DNA of 64,000 bases from Lingula anatina (lineage: Eukaryota; Animalia; Brachiopoda): the NCBI GenBank assembly GCA_051362555.1, contig CM120649.1, forward strand, positions 12,338,001 to 12,402,000, given 5' to 3'. Position 1 is the first letter of the stretch. Each line of letters opens with the position of its first letter. Shown one piece after another: positions 51,211-64,000 of this stretch. A program made the position numbers and the translations under genes. The notes under the pieces are model-generated. The model worked only from the letters and a program-made list of their open reading frames with translations. It was not told the DNA's origin and made no database searches.

Positions 51211-54088
51211 GAAATTCTATTTCACCTCTAAGTTTCAACTAACTGACCTTTTATTTAATGGATCCCTAGCAACCATGAGAAAATGTGCCTTAATGAGTTT
51301 ATGCCACTCTCCATCTCGCTCCTGCATTACGTCCATTTCTAAGTCCATAGACGTTTTTCCCACCCAGGTCACATGACCAGCTATCTTGATGTCGCGGTCA
51401 GCCACAAATTCTTCATGCTTCAGATCTAAAAGCAGGCAGAATTTCAAATTACGAAAATGGGAAAATCATAACTATCAGTGCAGTAATAATTTAATAAATT
51501 CAAACTTTTCCCTTTTTTCTACATTTATCATTCTTATTTCCATAATAACTTAACAAACTGAAATGAACTCAACTAACCTTGTATAACTTTTGCATTGACT
51601 CTTGCAGATTTAACTCACAAAATTTTAATATTTTTGGAAATTTACTCAAATTTTGTTCATATTGAAAGAACATTTCTGATTATAAATTACTTCATGTGCA
51701 TAATCAGCTGCCTTTTCTTGAATTCAGATCCTTACCAAAATCTCTTCATCCCAAGATTTTTTTTTTATTTCATCCCCCCACAGTGTCAAAATTTTACATA
51801 AAACAGCAAGTGGCATAGACAACTCCTGGATAAAAAGTCAACTACTGGTCAACTTTTTGTCAATTACTCATGGTAGAAAAAGAATAAAATGTCTTAAAAG
51901 CTAGTCTGTTTAAGAATTAAAATACTCCCAGAAGAGTACAAATGACCAAAAGATAGAGAAAATGTCCATCATATTCACCAATTCTGTCCACCAGTGCAGT
52001 GACAATGACCAGCGGACTGACTTTACCATAAATCTCCGGGTTGTCGTTGTGAGAGTAGCCTATCCAGACTGGAAGACAAAATTTATATTTAAATTTTAGT
52101 CATCCAAGTTAAACATACACTTTGTACAAGTATTACTTCATTCACCATTGATGGTGCTATCTCATTCCCTATGAAGTCTAGTTGCCTGGTGATGGTTGCC
52201 AGGTGAAAACCAGTTGCCTGGTGATCGTTGCCAGGTGATAATCAGTTTCCAGGATACAGTTGCCATGAATTACCTGCCATAGTGTCAAGGTCTTCCAATA
52301 TCCTCCCAAATCTTATTCCTTTCAACACTGTCATATAACGATCTCGTAGCTTGTGGTCCGTGCTCAACGGAATGATGCATTCTCTGTAACTGTCCTTCAT
52401 GTGCCGTGTTTTTAATTCTGATTGGTTGTTGACAAGAAGTGAAGAGAGTTTAGAGATGTTGAGGTTTTGTTGATCACTGAAACTGAAAATAACAATGAAA
52501 ATGTTTTTGATCGCTTTTCATGCATTGTGGCTGCAATTTTAACCAGTGAAGAAAATGCACAAGGAAGAGGCTTTTTTTTTTCTTTTGAAGTCACTGTTCA
52601 TGTTTCTCTGTCAACATCTTCTTAAACTAGACAGCAAGGATGGCATACTTATATTTATGTCTAGTACCAAATACACCATTATGATGGGATCTGACCACCT
52701 TTATATTATTATAAATTGGACAACCTTATTGTTACTTTTTTCCTGTAATAACTTGGTATACGAACACCTGTCCATAAAGTTATCTTTTGTTTCAAGTTCA
52801 TTAACAATATGAGAGTTGTATTTAGAACTGCTTTCCACTTACCTGGATATTTTTGTTGCACCCACAATTGATCGTAACTCTTTACGCACTGGAAAAAAAT
52901 CAATGCATGAAAGTGTCAAATGGACAGTAATGGAACAATCAAAGATTTATTTGAATCCACAGAATTTTAAAATGCTCACACAAATGAATGACTTTTTTCT
53001 CATTTATTTTATGTTGTAATGCTTAAACTTACAGTAAAATGAATAAATAAATGTCAAAACAAATTCGATTCATTTCACAAAGTTCACAGACAGTAAAACC
53101 ATATGTGCTACTAGTACAATTGTCTAATTAACTGTAGTTTTCTTGTTCCTCCATAATTTCACTTTTTTGGCTACATTCACAATAAACAATTTTCCAACAT
53201 TTTTCAGGGATATGTTGCCAACTTGATATGTATTAATTCATACCTTCTTGTGGTTTTGGAATAGCTTTTTTGGTTACACACATTGTACGTCTTGTAAATA
53301 TGAGATTTGTATTGGAATTACTTGTACAGAGAGGTCTCAGCAATCTAAAAAATAATTAAATAAAAAAATTGGAACTCTCACAATTATACCAGTAAGAGGC
53401 AACCATAACTTTCATATGTTAGCACAACAGTACATATCAGAGATAGTATATAAAAAAAGTCCTAACAAATTAATTTTCCATTTTAGTTTCAGGTTTGAAT
53501 ATGACATGAATATTTTATGATTCACTTTGAGGGGTCAATTTGCTCTTGAGAGTTGTTACCAGAGTTGTTACACTGTGACCAGACCCCCCCCCCCCAAACA
53601 CACACACACACACCCACACACACACACACAAAAGCGTCACCACCATCATCACAAAATAAATAAACGACATGTACTAATGTATGCTACTACTAGTAAAAAA
53701 TAAATAATAATAATAATAATAAATAAGCCCTAGACTGCCGGATATGTGATCTTTGGAATAACTGGGTTATTAGATTGAAGCTGTCAGTTTCTTTCATTCA
53801 CAAAATGACCCATATCATGACGATGAATAAAGGACAGAAATAGCAGCTTGCTGAATGAAACTTATTCAGTGACTGAATGAAGGAAAAATACATTGTAGTA
53901 GAAAAATATCTCACTGAAATGATTAAATTCACACATTTTACGACAACATTGTCACTAAAATTGTTTCAGGGTAATGGAACCTCCTGTATTCAGCTTAATC
54001 CTTTCAATTGAAAGAAAATCATTGGCCTTGATCACATTGTGAAAGCAGAGGAAGACACAAACCTGACAACCGCTCTGGGCGCAGACAT
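46575..54088 (-). CDS. ACOT9: Acyl-CoA thioesterase 9, mitochondrial; 13 exons: 54088-54063, 53344-53244, 52888-52843, 52482-52274, 52068-51979, 51425-51248, 50347-50280, 49880-49769, 49427-49337, 49038-48953, 48526-48439, 47735-47582, 46633-46575
   Basis: Arg-rich presequence MSAPRAVVRLLRPLC. Double hot-dog motifs MKDSY, IRFGRILEDLDTMA, SPLVIVTALVDRI, GHVTWVGKTSM, MVARDP, NLYGKMFGGFLMRRAFELAW, VDDIMFQAPVEVGSLL, TTNIFHFTF and EAMMYIDGRRH. All junctions GT-AG and in phase. Confidence 0.95.
47288..47509 (+). mobile_element. MITE family A, diverged copy 4 (ACOT9 intron 12)
   Basis: Shares CTTAAATGT, GCCTA.TA.AAGCTGTAAG.GGG.AATTA and CCCCAGGGAGTTAG with the other copies; TSD TAA. Confidence 0.65.
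47796..48013. repeat. 52-bp minisatellite, about 4.2 copies, ACOT9 intron 11
   Basis: TGTGTCCATGAGAATGCTGTAACACTGTTGCTGATAGGGTAAGATGTGTGTA starting at 47796, 47848, 47900, 47952 and (partial) 48004; no spacers. Confidence 0.95.
52180..52266. repeat. Short degenerate tandem repeat of (A/G)GTTGCC(T/A)GGTGAT units, ACOT9 intron 4
   Basis: AGTTGCCTGGTGAT.GTTGCCAGGTGA occurs twice, plus a degenerate third unit. Confidence 0.7.
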
Positions 54089-54263
54089 CTTGGGTATTTG
54101 TTTTCAACTAAGGTCAAGGCCGAAACCTCGTTCGGGAATTCAAGATGTCTGCGCCCATAAAATAGAAATGTGATCGAGGTTTTGCACAATTTATTTGACA
54201 TTTGTCATCAATTAAGATAGTGGTTAAACTGTCAGTTTTATTTTTTGTCAACTATCACACAAG
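54089..54263. promoter_or_regulatory. Bidirectional promoter shared by ACOT9 and MARS2
   Basis: Only 175 bp separate the divergent ATGs; locally CpG-rich; 16-bp inverted repeat at 54077-54092 and 54141-54156. Confidence 0.75.
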
Positions 54264-57200
54264 ATGCATTGGATTATAAACAGAAAAACTCGCCTGAGGA
54301 CTTTTATCAGGTGTAAGAAACATTTGGAGTTCGTTTTGCAAAACTCGCCGAAGAGCTTCGTTCATGTCAGTCGTTTCTTCAGCTCGCGAGCTGGCTTTGG
54401 CTCTCAGGGAGAAACTACAAAGCCTTATTTCATCACCACTCCCATTTTCTACGTAAATGCAGGTTTGTTATCGAAGGAGGTTTTATTTTGCAGTGATTTG
54501 GTCCTTTCAGGTTTTGATCATTTCAAATTCGCTCCTAAGCAAAATCATAAATAAATAAATAAATTCATTTGTAAATAAGTGAAAATTATAAGTTGCTCTC
54601 AGTATAGAATTGATATATAAATAAGTAAATCCAAATTAAAAAAAAACTTTTCATTGCATAAATAAATAGGTAAAAATAAATTATTATATAAATGAAAAGA
54701 TAAAAAAAAAAATAAATAAATGAATAAACTAGTCTATGGTACACTGCTGGCTTCAACCAGAAGTTGATGGTGTTATTGGTAGTAATCTTTTTCAGAGCCA
54801 CACATAGGTCACATGTACACAGCCTGTTTGGCTGATGCTATTCGGAGGTTTCAGCAACTTCAGGGCAGAGACACCATATTCTGCACAGGGACAGATGAAC
54901 ATGGGCTCAAGGTAGGTGTATCTCCACTTAAGATGGGTCTGCCTAACCTAATTCAACTGTCTGAGCTATAAATATCTCAACATGGGATATTTATCATCAA
55001 TTACTTATCTATTTTTTAATTATTATTATTTCAAGGTATGACTTTGTAATAGACCTGATTAAGAAGGATTTTAGTCATGTGTATAATGTTTTACTGGTAA
55101 GCGGACTAATGTTGTATTTTTTTTACATCTTTAAGGTTCAACAAGCTGCTGAAAAACACAAGGTGCACCCAAAAGCATTTTGTGATAGAGTGTCAGGAAC
55201 TTTCAAGGTAGTATCTCGTGAAATGTGTTTATAAGTGTGAACCTTATTATTTGTTTAAAAAACAAACATAATTTAAGTTCAACATAAGGAGGTTCAAAAT
55301 CAGAACAGATAAATCTTCAAAGCTCATTTTTATACAGTGTGTTACATGAATGACTTAATTAGTGAGGGAATGAGATAAAGGTTATAGCATTAAGACAAGA
55401 ATGAATATTTTGTACCAGATGTATGGATGATGAAATTATCAAGGCATACAGTACTTTGTGTTGAGAAATTTTGAAAATATATCATGAAATGAAAATTTTA
55501 ACTGGAATGTTTATTTATTCTCAGGGTTTGTTTGGAAAATGCAATGTGGACTATACTGACTTCATAAGGACAACTGAAGAAAGACATAAAAGAGCAGTGC
55601 ATGAATTCTGGGTATGTGGAAAACTAATAGGAATTACAGACACACACTTGCACTGGTGCAAATATTACACAAGTTCTTTAATAAAAAAAAATGCTTATTA
55701 CTTGCACATGCATGTAAAATATTTCAACTGGTATTGCTCAGAATATTTAGGCACTAAAATTAGTTAATTTTTTTCATAATTGTTACCATTTGCGCCATAA
55801 ATTAAGAATTTAGAGTAAGTATGAGTTTGTGAAAAATTATCTTTTGTTATTTTCTGAGTTAATTTCTAAGCTGCAAGGCATAAAATGCTGTTTAGGTTAA
55901 GTTTCATGGACATTTTATCATTTTTCCTTTTATCACAAAGGTATCCATAAGTAAGGAGAAAACCATGATCTCCTAACCTGTTTTCTAGCTCTAGATTTCT
56001 GATATGGCACACCAAAACAGTTTTATGAGCTCCAAATATCTAAACTTTTACTGTCATGAGTGAAACTCATAGTTGTAATCCCTGTTACAAGAGTCACCCA
56101 AAAACTAAAAAAACGTCAACCCCAAAACAGGTTTTGAATATGATGGTATGCCCTGGTGATTATAATTCAGGGAAAATTGAAATTTCTAGGAAAATTAAAA
56201 TTATGTGCCTTTAATACAAATGCTATAGTTGTCCTTTCAAGAACGTTCTTGTTGCTAATGGCTACATTTACAAAGGAAGTTATGAAGGATGGTACTCAGT
56301 GAATGATGAATGTTTTGTATCCGAGGCACAGGTGCAGGATGCTGCTGATGGCAGTGGAAAAGTAAGTTTAGTAGGATAAATTTGCCCAAATTTCATCCCA
56401 CTTTTAGAGAGATTTTACTGTATGCAACAAATCTTACACATGGCAGCAGTTATAATAACTGAGACATATTTCACTTACAAACAGATTTTTCATTTATTTT
56501 TTTTAAATCTAAAGTTGTTACTATATTTATGTCAATGATTTCAGGTGTCTATAGAATCAGGGCATCCAGTAGAATGGAACCAAGAGGAAAATTACATGTT
56601 TCGCCTGTCTCTGTTCCGGTCCCAGTTAGATAAGTGGTTGGATGAAGAAGGTGAGGATTTGGCAAAATTGGGGAAAAATAATTTGAGTAAATTTGAAATT
56701 TGTCGTTTCCTTATACAAATTGATTTTTTAAAGACAAATGTGTAACATTTGAAAGTGAAGTTATCACTAGTTTATATAAATATATTATGTTACTGTTTTA
56801 ATAAATATATTATGTTACTATAATATTATGTCTGTTATTGTACTGGTATGTGTACTTACTTATTTTTCATTTTCAGTGGTCCAGCCTTCAGTATATAAAG
56901 GTTTGGCCAAATCTTATCTGCAGAATCTCACGGACCTTTCAATATCTCGTGGGAGAGAGCGTCTGTCGTGGGGCATACCTGTCCCGGGTGATGATACCCA
57001 GACTGTAAGTGTACATGTGCCCGTGCATGCATGTGTGTGTGTGTGTGTGTGTGTGTGTTGTGTGTATGTGTGTGCGTGTGTAAATATTAGTATAGGCACT
57101 GTATATGTAGTGGTAGTGCAATTTTTCATTCAATTATTCAAGCTCAACTAATATATTTAACCTCATCATATAATTTTCTAAACGAAGTTTCTATCATAGT

Positions 57201-59594
57201 GTCTGAAAAAGGTTTTACCAAAGGTTCAAGAAGAATCATGTACTGATGATAGAGACTGTGTTATATTTTGTAGATATATGTCTGGCTTGATGCCTTGGTG
57301 AACTACCTGACAGTGGGCGGGTACCCAGAGCAGGGATTTCATTGGCCAGCAGACTGTCATGTGGTTGGAAAAGACATTCTGAAGTGAGTGCTGTGTAGAT
57401 TGGTGATTAAGTCAAGTTGAAAGTATTAAATACTATAGGATACATATTTTCAGGACTGTATTGCATTTATAAATTATAACTGATGAATTTTTTTCCTTAC
57501 AGGTTTCATGCCATTTACTGGCCAGCATTTTTGATGGCAGCTGGTCTGGCCCCCCCGAGAAACATACTCTGCCACTCACACTGGCTACAAGACCAGAAGA
57601 AGGTGAATTGTCAATTTTTTTTTTTAATCATGTGAATCTTCTCGCTTAAATTGAAATGAATATCAATGAAGGTTTCTTGTTAAGTTTTTCATGATACTTC
57701 TACTACAAAATCATACAAAGGTTAGTCGAATCAGTTTTGATTGAAAAAGATGACACAGATGCACAAACATGCATGCATGCGCCAATATGCACATACACAT
57801 GCACACGTTACAGGCAGCTTGAAGAAGACTGAACTTTGCACAAAAGCGGACTGAATACTTATTTCATGTCTCATTAGAGTCCTATAGCAATGCACTGAAA
57901 TTTTTTGTACTATCAGTTGTTTCAATATTTTTTTAAAAAGGTGTGTATGTCTCAAGTACTATAATAACAATCAGTTTGAAGTAGAGTAGACTTAAAAGAA
58001 ACTAAAACAAAAATGTTACTCTTGATGTTTAAAAGATATTGGCTTTCAGATATTTAAAGTATTATTGAAACGTACGCGTTCCATACTGAAAATTAAGTTG
58101 ATGTTTCAGTCTTATTTTGAACCATTTCATCTTTCTAGATGTCCAAAAGTAAAGGCAATGTAGTTAACCCAATGGAGGTGATGGACCGAGTCACCCCCGA
58201 GGGTCTCAGGTATTTTCTGTTAAGGACAGGAATGTTGGAATGGGATGCTGGTGAGTAAAGAGTGACAGGAAAACGATGCCTCTTAGAACTGTATATATCC
58301 AAAAAATAATAAATAATCAAATGAAATAAAATTTTCTTGAAATTTTCTTTCCCAGAAAAGACTTTATGGTGGCATTAGATGTCTTCATCTTCAGGAAGGA
58401 TATATTTACTTTGAAGATGAGAAATTTTTAAAAATGTTAAATTTGTATAATAGGTTAATACCAGATTTCTTATGTAATATTTTTGACATTTTACTTTTAG
58501 ACTTCACAGATGAGCGCCTTATTGACGTTTTAAATAGTGAACTTGCCAATGTTCTTGGTAACATAGTCAGTAGAGTGACGGCAAAGAAGTTGAACCCAAA
58601 GCACTGTTACCCTCCTTTCATGCCAGAAGTCTGGGAAGAGTTTTGTCAGGAGGAAGATAGGGTTCTGCTGGAAAAACTAAAAGAGCTGCCAGGTAAATTT
58701 TTTTCTGTGAAATTTTTGCCTTTAATCCCCTCTTTAAATTAAAAATATTACTTGTGGAGGTAACAGTTTGAAATTTATTTTGGCATTCAAATTAAAAATT
58801 TTCAGAAATTTATAGTTATTGCTAATCTTCTTACTTATAAGTGTCAACAGAAAAATGTTTCTTTTAGATAACATTGTAATAATTTAGTTACCATCACTTG
58901 ACTTTCTTGGTTTGTGCAGTTATAATGTTTAATCAATTCCATTCTATTGTTTTTAAAATAATTTGATTATGTGCACAGAATTTGACCTAAGCTGGCACTA
59001 TTTCAGTCACTCTTGCATTGTCAATCACTTTGAAATTTTCAAATTAGTGACGACTCAAAAAAAAAAAAAAGGAAAAACATCCATGTATCTCTTCAAACAG
59101 GTCAAGCTACTCTTGACGATTGGTAATAAATTTTTTGGACAATTGCAGGTCAAACTCAGAGTTCCTGAGACTCCTATTACATATTGTTACTGCTATCTTC
59201 TTATGTTATCCTCAACTCTTCCATTCTTTTAGATGAAGTTACCCAACATTACCAGAATTATCACGTCCCACGAGCGGCAGACGCCATTTCAGAGGTACTT
59301 CATCTTACAAATCAGTTTCTCGACCGAAATGCACCGTGGAAACTCATCAAAGACTCCACCAATGCTTGTCACGTGAGCAATATTCTACACATTGCAACGG
59401 AGGCGTCACGCGTCAGTGCCATCTTGCTACAGCCGATTATCCCATTTTTAGCTGATCAGCTTTTGACTTATTTGAATATCCCAGCCCGGGACAGAATGTG
59501 GGACAGCATGGGGAAGACTGTCACAGACCAACGAGCTTTTACGTCTAAACAATATATCTTCTTTGAGAGGTTACAGACAGAGAGACTGTCTTGA
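54264..59594 (+). CDS. MARS2: Methionyl-tRNA synthetase, mitochondrial; 12 exons: 54264-54462, 54796-54911, 55136-55207, 55525-55611, 56242-56361, 56545-56650, 56877-57004, 57274-57383, 57503-57602, 58139-58250, 58501-58692, 59233-59594
   Basis: Basic presequence; [17 protein letters not shown] (HIGH motif), [71 protein letters not shown] (KMSKS motif), [15 protein letters not shown]. Confidence 0.96.
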
Positions 59595-60555
59595 TGCATA
59601 GATAAAATTAAGAGCAAAATATATGTTCAGGTTGGAATAAAATGTCTTTCGAAGCAAGGGACATTCAGTAGTTATCCATTGTGATTTAATCAAAACATAA
59701 AAAACAAACTTGCATTTTTTTAAAATATCTCTATTTTGAGTTTAAAAATACACTTAAAATGTACAACAGTGATACACAATTATATTACATACTGTAACTA
59801 TCAAAAAAAAAAAAAAATTAAATATTAAGTCCAGCTAAAATTTCTATTAAAAAAGTCTGATACATCATACATATTAGACCTCAACGTTTGTGTTCGTTTA
59901 CAGCAACTTTTTAAGTATGGCATAAACGTTATTTTAAAAAATCACTTTCCTATTTGTAAATTTATAAACTAATTTTTTTTATATTTTACTCTCCACAAGA
60001 ACAAGTAAAAAAAAAAAAAATCAAATTTACACTGAAATGACTTACAACATTTACCACTAATGTTAACTTTAACATTGCAAATGTATCTAGGCAATTTATA
60101 ATTTCACAATGACAAATGTATTCCTCGTAATCCTCAATTTTTTGCCTTTTGATTCGGAGAAATAAACTCACAGTGAAAATGAGCTGGTTTAAGCCTTGGC
60201 TAAGCACTAAAAATGTTTACAAAATGCTTTCTAAAATGGATTGTAAACACGCAAGGCAAAATGTTTTTAATGTTACAAAAGTAGTAAAAAAATCATTTAT
60301 CATTGATGACAGAAAATAGTACACATTAAGCAACGCTTTACTCAGACTGAACTTTATACAATTTTGTTATCCACAGAAATTGAACTGGCTACAGACAAGG
60401 AGAAAAAATTTCCATCTTCAAAGTTCTCTGTTTTTAATCTTTTTTATTTTACAAAATCCAAAAACTTGCCAACTTTTCATAAAAAGGTAGAAATCTTCCA
60501 CAAAACTGACAAAAATACCCGGTCAGGTCTCTGTATCTTGCACTTTCTGCCCAGC

Positions 60556-61371
60556 TTACATTAAACCAGCTGGGAGATCATCCTGCAAGAAAAACTTCAA
60601 TATTAATTTATGTCTCAAATTTGAGCATTTGGATTAAATCAGGTTAATATTCAAGATTGTATTTCCCCTTGGAAAAGTAATTTTTTTTCTCCAGGAGAAA
60701 GAAAAAGTTGCATCAAGCAAACTGACCCTTGAAGATAAACAGATTTGGTTTTCAAGATGTCAAGTATTTTAAAGGTACTTTAATAAGATAAAAGAATATT
60801 TTCTTTAAATAGTCTCTTCACTGCTGTGTGATCCATTACTGAAAGTTTCTTTAAAAAGTCAGCTAAGATCAGAGACAGAGTTATTTGAACTCCAATATTC
60901 CAGTGTCCATCAAATCATCTTCACATGTGATTACCATAGTACAGCTGCTCATGACAGACAACAAAATGTTGGAGTGAAAACAACTTAAATCCTACCTGTA
61001 GTTTTCAAGAAATGACTTTAGCAACAGCTGATATCAAGATAACACAACTGAAGGAATTCTCTGAAAGACCTTTGGGTTTTAAATAAAAAAATTTACAGAC
61101 TTCTTCAGCCAAGTTTCTTACCGAACCAGTGTCAAACTGCGGAGATTCTTCCACCATGAGATTGGGGTCTATACGGCTGCGGGAGGCTCGGGTGGGCCTC
61201 TGCTGCTGCTGTGGGGATGGCTGCACGGGGCTGGAGAATGACCCAATACTGGTCTCTTCCTCTATTCTTGACCTGAGTGGAAAATAATGTGTAGTCTTAG
61301 GCATTGATGATTTACACAAATAAATAATTTTTAAAAAATGGGTAACTACATGATGTGTGTGCGTATATGCA

Positions 61372-61405
<34 letters not shown>

Positions 61406-63936
61406 AAGAACAGTGACAGTAAAACAATGAAAAATTGCAATTCCCCACCCCCCCTTCTATTGTTAAAATTTTCAATCATTCTGTTTTAAACAATACCCCC
61501 CCACCCCCCCCACCCCACCTCCCATTCTGCTTTGCACCCACTGTTTGGGTGGTGATCTAGTAATATCCTGAATGGGAACAAAGCTATTTGGATCGAAATA
61601 CCTCAATTAGGATCATTGATGAGTCAACTGCGTTTGACTTGGCCAAATTTTTGTCAAATGGTCTAGGACTGTTAAAACTCATAAGACTTTGCCGTTACTT
61701 AGCTCAGAAAATTTTACTGAATTAACCATACTGACTTGATATTTTAAAACTTTTTTTCCATTTCATCTTTTTAATTTTTTTTTCCTTGCAAAATTGTGCC
61801 CAGTTTTTCATCTCAGTAGAGTGATAGGCTACTTACTGCTGTATACGTCTGCCGTAGTTGGCAGCATTCTGCCGGGACATCTCCATGTTCTGTCTCTGAG
61901 ATCCCAGCCATGACGCCTGGGACATCTGTGACTGGGACATCTGCGACTGGGACATCTGGGACATTTGGATGGACCTGGGGTACAGCGTGACAACCATTTT
62001 ATCAAAATTTGAATTAATGTGACATTTACTGTAAGGCTAGACAAAAAGAAGAATAAAACAGTGCAAGCATGTATAAAAATCTGAGATTTGATACTGACAT
62101 TTTAATGCAACTGAAAATTAATATAGAATATAATAAAATTTTATAATATAATATTCAACTGATTTTAACTCGCTGTCAACTGAAGACACTTTCACAAAAT
62201 CTAAACGTTTTCTTATATTCCAAAACATTCTGGTGCCACTTACAAACCAAACTAAGTATTGAACATGATTTTTAAAAAATTAAGTGTGTATTTCTTCATA
62301 TACTGACGATGCTTCAAAGTCTGACATGTCATCTTCTACTCGTCTCCTTTTGACGGCGGTGGAATGCATAGGTGGCTCCCCTAGTGGCCCAGGTGTGGCA
62401 GGCTCTTTGCTCAGCCACGCGTCATTTGTGCTGGCATCTCCACCTTGATATATTGAAATTTTCAGAAAATAATATATTGAATAATATTGACACACATTTT
62501 GCACATACTTTATGAGCAAAGATTACTTTATTATTTATCTTCTCTTTCCTTTGTAAATTCTTCGTTTGTATCATTTTTAAAAATTTTACTGTAATGTATC
62601 TACAAGGATTTATACATTAGCAGAGAACTAATAAAAATAACTTTCCTTTCTTTAATTGTAAATGTTAAAGCAAAACTTTTTTAGTTAAGTTTACTGCACA
62701 TCTATACCACATACCATCCATACCGACAACTTTGCGTTTACGTCCACCTTTGGGTCGACCAATGGTATTCGCCCTGCCAGTGACAGAGGTTTTCTCTTCC
62801 GCGTCCTGAATGAGACTGTTTCTGTACATGAGGAGAGGCTGCCAGTCCTCACTTCTGTTAGCCATCATTCCTTGTTTTAGATGTTTGTCCAGGAAGTTCA
62901 CCCTGTGCAAAGAAATTCGATGTGACACTGAACATTCTAAAGGTAAAACACTACATAAAAAGCTAGAAGAAAAGTACTAAACAGTGGCAGTGATGGATTT
63001 TTTTTTTTTTTGTGGAGAGCATTTTTTACTCTTAAACTTCAAATAGTTTAAGCTAAAATAATATCCAAGTTAATCTGTTATTCATTTAAAATCATTTTTT
63101 CAAGTGTACCAATAAATACAATAACTTGTCTGAATCTGTTCAATTCATTCTTGAATTTCCTTTAAAAAAGTTACTTTCATTAAAATTTTAATGAATAACA
63201 AAAAAACAACATACAAACATAAATGACCTAAACACAGATATTCCCTGATGTATAGGTCCAGGTAGGAAATCTAAATTGAAAATATAATCAATATAAAAAA
63301 ATCTTACACAGCTTTCTTGTCCTGCCTCATCAGCTTGCTGGTGAACTCGCAGAGGATTTCCAGGAATCCCAGGTTGGGTGGGGCTCCTTTGGGGTCATTG
63401 GGGTTCTCTAGGGGGGTCAAACTAAAGATGATGCCTTCCCTGGATAAATAGACAAAGCAGCTGCTTTTAACATCTGTTTGGTTTTCCAGAGTTAATTTTT
63501 TCAGAGAACATACTATGGCAAAATGAGGGTAAAATGTTACATTTCCCAATTATCCAACACACCAAACTTTCCCAAAACTTCTAATAAATAAATTGCACTG
63601 GTGTTGGGTTTAGATTTCTGCATTACAATGTGCATTTGATTCACAAGGCCATGCAGAAATGTAATCCAATATAAGGTTAAACTTAAGTTTCTTAGACCAA
63701 CTAGATTAACTCTTGTATATGATAAGAGAGCATTATTGCTATATTTTATGTGTTGTCATGAGATCAGCCACACTGCTTGCAAGGGTGTGTGTATGTTAAC
63801 TTCAAGAACAAATAAGAGGTCAAAATTTTCACTGTCACAATGTTCACAACAAAAAAAATCTTTTTTTTTTTCATCTGACAAAAAGTTCATTGTGGATCCA
63901 AAAAAAGTGTTACATCTAATGGTTTTCAATGGAAAA

Positions 63937-63979
<43 letters not shown>

Positions 63980-64000
63980 AACTTACGTGTGCATGGCAGC
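60556..64000 (-). CDS. STAG1: Cohesin subunit SA (stromalin, STAG1/2 ortholog), 3' exons: >64000-63987, 63439-63308, 62902-62715, 62443-62308, 61974-61837, 61272-61101, 60582-60556
   Basis: EGIIFS...PPNLGFLEILCEFTSKLMRQDKKAV and WQPLLMYRNSL match the STAG1/2 motifs [22 protein letters not shown] and WLPL.SYRNSL. Phases are consistent through to DDLPAGLM*. Confidence 0.92.

Noticed and set aside
61829-62044. Cys/Arg repeat ORF (RCPSRRCPSHRCP) resembling a metal-binding peptide
   Set aside because: Wrong frame of the STAG exon; splice phases require the SQ-rich frame.
46575-64000. U12-type (minor) introns in ACOT9, MARS2 and STAG
   Set aside because: All donors I inspected are ordinary GT sites without the (G/A)TATCCTT signature.

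Overview
AT-rich, intron-containing animal genomic DNA (invertebrate; a lophotrochozoan such as a mollusc is my guess from gene and repeat style). It is not prokaryotic: no CRISPR array, rRNA or intact tRNA was found. Spliced genes assembled by hand from GT-AG junctions: an exon of an FN3/receptor-PTP-ectodomain-like gene (+, 234-1015); COPS9 (-, 3 exons) head-to-head with LAMP (+, 5 exons); WDR53 (+, intronless CDS); an orphan class A GPCR (+, intronless CDS); ACOT9 (-, 13 exons) head-to-head with MARS2 (+, 12 exons); and the 3' part of STAG1/2 (-). The 21.5-46 kb interval is gene-poor and rich in mobile DNA: PIF/Harbinger-type MITEs (one 215-bp family in 4 copies), two dead Tc1 transposons, a nested transposon stack at 25.4-31.2 kb, Helentron-associated elements, LINE remnants, a probable solo LTR and local duplications. 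No new system is proven. The best leads are: (1) a cryptic 4-exon minus-strand unit (24890-22146) with two ORFs joined by TAG-A-ATG; (2) a perfect 16-bp mirror copy of the ACOT9 start-codon sequence in the ACOT9/MARS2 bidirectional promoter; (3) a 104-bp near-invariant block inside an otherwise diverged tandem duplication; (4) CLEAR/M-box sites shared by LAMP and COPS9; (5) an SQ-cluster exon in the STAG tail. Family assignments come from remembered motifs, not database searches.
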